A stretch of 6,741 bases of DNA from a virus, in the IMG/VR virus record IMGVR_UViG_3300002983_000002, positions 1-6,741 of that record, one strand, 5' to 3'. The notes below the pieces were generated by a model. That model was not told where the DNA came from, ran no database searches, and saw only the letters and a program-made list of their open reading frames with translations. The translations under genes and the position numbers were made by a program. Shown here piece after piece: positions 4,248 through 6,741 of this stretch; the first letter of the stretch is position 1; each line of letters begins with the position of its first letter.

Positions 4248-4339
4248 ATTATATAGTCTGGTATTTCTTCATATTCGGCTTAGTAGCTCATATCTATTTG
4301 ACCTATAAATTTGTCTTAAAACAAATAAAGAGAATTTAA
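4244..4339 (+). CDS. 31-aa hydrophobic protein, gVII/gIX-like minor coat candidate (MNYIVWYFFIFGLVAHIYLTYKFVLKQIKRI)
   Basis: It has an ATGA overlap with the preceding ORF. The hydrophobic N-terminal helix, basic C-terminus, size, and position just upstream of gVIII resemble Ff pVII/pIX (32-33 aa). Confidence 0.45.
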   Translation: MNYIVWYFFIFGLVAHIYLTYKFVLKQIKRI

Positions 4340-4342
4340 CGA

Positions 4343-4531
4343 ATGTATGTCTGTAAAACGCTATCACAACCCGACTTAAACGGTTTACAGACTTGCATAG
4401 AGTGGACGGACTTCGGTTTGTTTTCTCTAACACCAGCCCAAGCTGCTGAATTATCAATGTACATCATCTTAGCTTTTGTTGTGACTTGGTGCTTTAAGCA
4501 CTTGGGTAATTTTATAAAAACTTTTAAGTGA
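4343..4531 (+). CDS. 62-aa small protein with C-terminal TM helix; second gVII/gIX-position candidate
   Basis: AAGAGA lies about 9 nt upstream of ATG 4343. The C-terminal segment is MYIILAFVVTWCF followed by basic KHLGNFIKTFK. The stop overlaps the gVIII upstream region. The assignment is positional only. Confidence 0.45.
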   Translation: MYVCKTLSQPDLNGLQTCIEWTDFGLFSLTPAQAAELSMYIILAFVVTWCFKHLGNFIKTFK

Positions 4532-4539
4532 GAAATGTT

Positions 4540-4824
4540 ATGAATAAATTTGATGAAAGCCTTGTATTACATGCTGTTCCACACAATTCCAAAAAACCTA
4601 AATTTGCTTTGAATCGTAAAGCATTTGCTGGTTCTTTGGCACTTGTATTCTCTGTTATTGCTGGACCTGCAATGGCTGCGGTCGATCTTGGTATTGATGC
4701 TGAAGAATTAAAGACTTTAATTCTAGGCTTGATTGCCACAATCGCATTGCTTGGCACTGCTTATTTAACCGTACTTGTTGCTACAAGTGCGTTCTCGTTA
4801 ATTCGTCGCGTAATTCGCGGTTGA
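4540..4824 (+). CDS. gVIII: gVIII-type major coat protein precursor (94 aa; predicted mature 48 aa)
   Basis: It has a signal-peptide-like segment …NRKAFAGSLALVFSVIAGPAMA, with predicted cleavage before the next residue. The predicted mature peptide is AVDLGIDAEELKTLILGLIATIALLGTAYLTVLVATSAFSLIRRVIRG. That peptide has an acidic N-terminus, a hydrophobic core and a basic C-terminus, which is the classic inovirus coat layout. A strong terminator follows, as after Ff gVIII. The start is uncertain: GTG 4528, ATG 4540 or TTG 4609. Confidence 0.85.
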   Translation: MNKFDESLVLHAVPHNSKKPKFALNRKAFAGSLALVFSVIAGPAMAAVDLGIDAEELKTLILGLIATIALLGTAYLTVLVATSAFSLIRRVIRG

Positions 4825-4831
4825 TTAAAGG

Positions 4832-4853
4832 ATGGGGAGAAATCCCCATTTTT
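4832..4853 (+). terminator. Rho-independent terminator after gVIII (ATGGGGA-GAAA-TCCCCAT + TTTT)
   Basis: A perfect 7-bp stem pairs 4832-4838 with 4843-4849. The loop is a GAAA tetraloop and is followed by a T-run at 4850-4853. It lies 8 nt after the gVIII stop, in the same position as the Ff gVIII terminator/attenuator. Confidence 0.8.
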
Positions 4854-4936
4854 ACTATGACTCTTATATATCTCATTCTAGTAATTGTTCTCTGTTTTAT
4901 CCTTTTTTCTTAGATCAAATATTTAAGGGGTTACGC

Positions 4937-6454
4937 ATGAAATTTTTTAAATATTTGATTTTTATTATAACTTCATTCATTTCAATTAATGTATTTGCTG
5001 ATTATACAATCAATTCATTAGGCTTTTCAGGTTTATATTCAACAAAAGAAGCAGCGTGTAATGCTTTTTCAGCTCATGTTAAAAGCTATTACAATAATAA
5101 CAATCTAAATTATTCACCTTCAATTCAAGGCAATACTTGCTACGCTGGTAATGCTGCTTATGCAGATTTTTCTGAATCAGAAGCAAAATGTCCAACAACT
5201 GTCACATCTACTCCTATTTCTGTACCGGGTTGGACATCTTGGGACATTGACCAAATAGATTCATATTCTGCACAGATACAAGGTAAAACAGCATGTTATC
5301 AAGGATGTAAATATAAAAACCCGACAATGAGTGGTTCTGAAGGCTCTGATATGATGAATCTTGTTTATGGAGATGGTGTAAAAGATTCATCTTGCCCCAC
5401 AGGTGACACTACAAGACCTTCTACGCCTACACCAAATAATACTGGTTCAACACAAATGAAGCCTGAAGAATGTAAAAGTCCTACAGGTTCTGACGGTTAT
5501 TGTAATAAGCCAAGTAACAAGCAATGTCCATCAGGTTACAAACAAGGTTCCTTTAACAATCAACAAATTTGTATAAAGCCGTCTCCAGACCCTGACCCAA
5601 CTAAGCCAAATCCAAATGACCCAAACAATGGCGATGGTAAAGGAAACTGTAACGGTACTAATAACTGTAATACGACAAATTTCGATGATTCAAAAATCAT
5701 ATCTGCCATCAATGCTTCAACAAGTGCTATTACGCAAGCAATATCATCATTATCAAATTCTTTATCAAGTGGATTTTCATCTGTAGTAAATGCTGTTTCA
5801 TCTGTTACAAGTGCTGTAAATGCAAACACATCAGCAGTCAATTCAAACGGTGATAAAGTCACCAGTGCTGTTAATGAAAACACATCAGCAGTGAATTCAG
5901 TTAAATCTGCTGTTAATGGCTTAAATTCATCAATTCAAGCTGTTACAACTGCTGTAAATGCAAGTGCTGATAAGGTCACTAATGCAGTTAATTCAAACGG
6001 AAAAAACACAGTTGATGCTGTAAACGCAAATGGTGAAAAGGTTACTAACGCGGTTAATGAAAATGGAAAAAATACTGTTGACGCTGTTAATGCAGGTACA
6101 GAGGTAACTAAGGAAAATGGAAAAAAACTCGATGGCATAAAGGATGGAATAGAGAAAAGTAATGGACTACTAGAAGACATAAAAAATTGGCTTAATGGTG
6201 ATCTTCCTCCTTCTGAGGATGGCAAAGTGGGTGTTGGTCAAATTGAATTACCATCTGATAATACAAATATAATTAAATTCAACGCTGTATGTCCTGCTCC
6301 AGTTGAACAAAACGTTTCAATTATTGGATATTCATGGACATTTTCATTCTCATTTGATTCTTACTGTGAAGTTTTAGCCAAGTTAGCCAATTATTTCGTC
6401 TTTGTCGCTTACTTAGGTGCTGCATTCATTGTTGCAGGGGTGAGAGATGCCTAG
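4937..6454 (+). CDS. gIII: gIII-like adsorption / minor coat protein (505 aa)
   Basis: AAGGGG SD at 4925-4930. The signal peptide is MKFFKYLIFIITSFISINVFA, with predicted cleavage before DY. The N-terminal half is Cys-rich, followed by a Pro/Asn-rich linker (PSPDPDPTKPNPNDPNNGDG). A repeat-rich Ala/Val/Asn/Ser segment follows, and there is a C-terminal hydrophobic anchor YFVFVAYLGAAFIVAGV. The position between gVIII and gVI matches Ff. The ORF-track start 4832 lies inside the terminator hairpin and is rejected. Confidence 0.8.
   Translation: MKFFKYLIFIITSFISINVFADYTINSLGFSGLYSTKEAACNAFSAHVKSYYNNNNLNYSPSIQGNTCYAGNAAYADFSESEAKCPTTVTSTPISVPGWTSWDIDQIDSYSAQIQGKTACYQGCKYKNPTMSGSEGSDMMNLVYGDGVKDSSCPTGDTTRPSTPTPNNTGSTQMKPEECKSPTGSDGYCNKPSNKQCPSGYKQGSFNNQQICIKPSPDPDPTKPNPNDPNNGDGKGNCNGTNNCNTTNFDDSKIISAINASTSAITQAISSLSNSLSSGFSSVVNAVSSVTSAVNANTSAVNSNGDKVTSAVNENTSAVNSVKSAVNGLNSSIQAVTTAVNASADKVTNAVNSNGKNTVDAVNANGEKVTNAVNENGKNTVDAVNAGTEVTKENGKKLDGIKDGIEKSNGLLEDIKNWLNGDLPPSEDGKVGVGQIELPSDNTNIIKFNAVCPAPVEQNVSIIGYSWTFSFSFDSYCEVLAKLANYFVFVAYLGAAFIVAGVRDA
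5951..6115 (+). repeat. In-frame 33-nt (11-aa) tandem repeats inside gIII (AVNASADKVTN / AVNSNGKNTVD / AVNANGEKVTN / AVNENGKNTVD / AVNAGTEVTKE)
   Basis: There are four good copies at 5951-5983, 5984-6016, 6017-6049 and 6050-6082, plus a degenerate fifth. Copies 1 and 3 are most alike, as are copies 2 and 4, so the true unit is 66 nt repeated twice. Upstream (about 5794-5950) there are further 7- and 11-residue SAVN periodicities. Confidence 0.85.
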
Positions 6455-6725
6455 ACTCCTCATAATGATTGCAGGCTTTATCTTAGAAAGTGCCATAAAA
6501 AAACTATTACTTGGTGCAGGTTTAGCGCTTGTTTCAATGACTGTCATACAAACAATGTTTGATAGAGCACTACAAAAAGCTGTTTCACAAACTGGTTCAA
6601 TGGATAACTGGATCCTAGGTTTAATCGCAATTGCAAAACTTGATCTTTGTACATCAATAATCATCGGTGCTGTGATCGCTCGTGTTGCGATTTCATCTGC
6701 ATCAATAAGCTTTAGAAAAGCATAA
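6447..6725 (+). CDS. gVI: gVI-like minor coat / DUF2523-type small membrane protein (92 aa)
   Basis: The ATG overlaps the gIII stop (gATGccTAG). The N-terminus MPRLLIMIAGF parallels M13 pVI MPVLLGIPLL. It has several hydrophobic helices. The gene lies between gIII and gI as in Ff, and runs through the circular junction (= 1-85). Confidence 0.75.
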   Translation: MPRLLIMIAGFILESAIKKLLLGAGLALVSMTVIQTMFDRALQKAVSQTGSMDNWILGLIAIAKLDLCTSIIIGAVIARVAISSASISFRKA

Positions 6726-6741
6726 GGAGAATAAAATGTCT
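6641..6741. repeat. Second copy of the 101-nt terminal redundancy (identical to 1-101)
   Basis: Same observation as for 1-101. It implies a unit genome length of 6,640 bp. Confidence 0.95.

Noticed and set aside
4269-4757. Two antisense ORFs (4269-4457 and 4524-4757, minus strand) opposite the small-ORF block and gVIII
   Set aside because: They are antisense to a tightly coupled + strand operon and have no SD. The second is the mirror of the hydrophobic coat gene.
4832-4936. 5' extension of the gIII ORF (MGRNPHFYYDSY…)
   Set aside because: ATG 4832 is the first base pair of the gVIII terminator stem. A good SD and a typical signal peptide begin at ATG 4937.
5700-6115. Possibility that the regular repeats are a CRISPR array or non-coding satellite
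   Set aside because: The repeats are contiguous with no spacers and their length is a multiple of 3. They stay in frame within a long ORF that has a signal peptide and a membrane anchor.
5560-6225. Antisense ORFs 5560-5883 and 5935-6225 within gIII
   Set aside because: They arise from the low-complexity, repeat-rich coding sequence, since AVN repeats give stop-free antisense frames. There are no start signals.
6413-6664. 83-aa antisense ORF opposite gVI
   Set aside because: It is antisense to a positionally conserved gene that is translationally coupled to gIII. There is no supporting signal.
1-6741. Integrase, transposase, secretin, tRNA/rRNA genes or host flanking genes
   Set aside because: None could be identified in any frame. 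All sizeable ORFs are accounted for by the inovirus core set.

Overview
The window is one complete, circularly permuted genome of a small Ff-like filamentous phage (inovirus). Unit length is 6,640 bp, because bases 1-101 are repeated exactly at 6641-6741. All structural and replication genes are on the + strand in Ff order: gII (with a nested gX-like internal start), gV-like, four tiny ORFs, gVIII (major coat), gIII-like adsorption protein, gVI-like, and gI/Zot-like assembly ATPase. I see no gIV secretin, integrase or transposase. One small ribbon-helix-helix-like regulator is transcribed divergently from gII, across a region with three TGTATACA palindromes. The accessory/non-coding region 1353-2106 is the most interesting part. 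It holds (i) two inverted dif-like XerC/XerD sites (1770-1801 and 1872-1900) that can pair in ssDNA into a long forked hairpin, resembling the CTXphi attP(+) strategy. It holds (ii) an f1-like plus-strand origin hairpin with the TAATAGTG nick motif (1986-2011) followed by a second hairpin. It holds (iii) a GC-rich island that may be the minus-strand origin. It holds (iv) a compact promoter-SD-35 aa membrane peptide-terminator cassette abutting the attP candidate. A third dif-like site with canonical 11-6-11 geometry lies at 4091-4118, between two tiny CxxC ORFs. The gIII-like protein carries in-frame 33-nt (11 aa, AVNxNGxxVTN) tandem repeats instead of Ff-type Gly-rich linkers. All functional calls rest on reading the sequence and on remembered M13/f1 protein and origin sequences; no database search was run.
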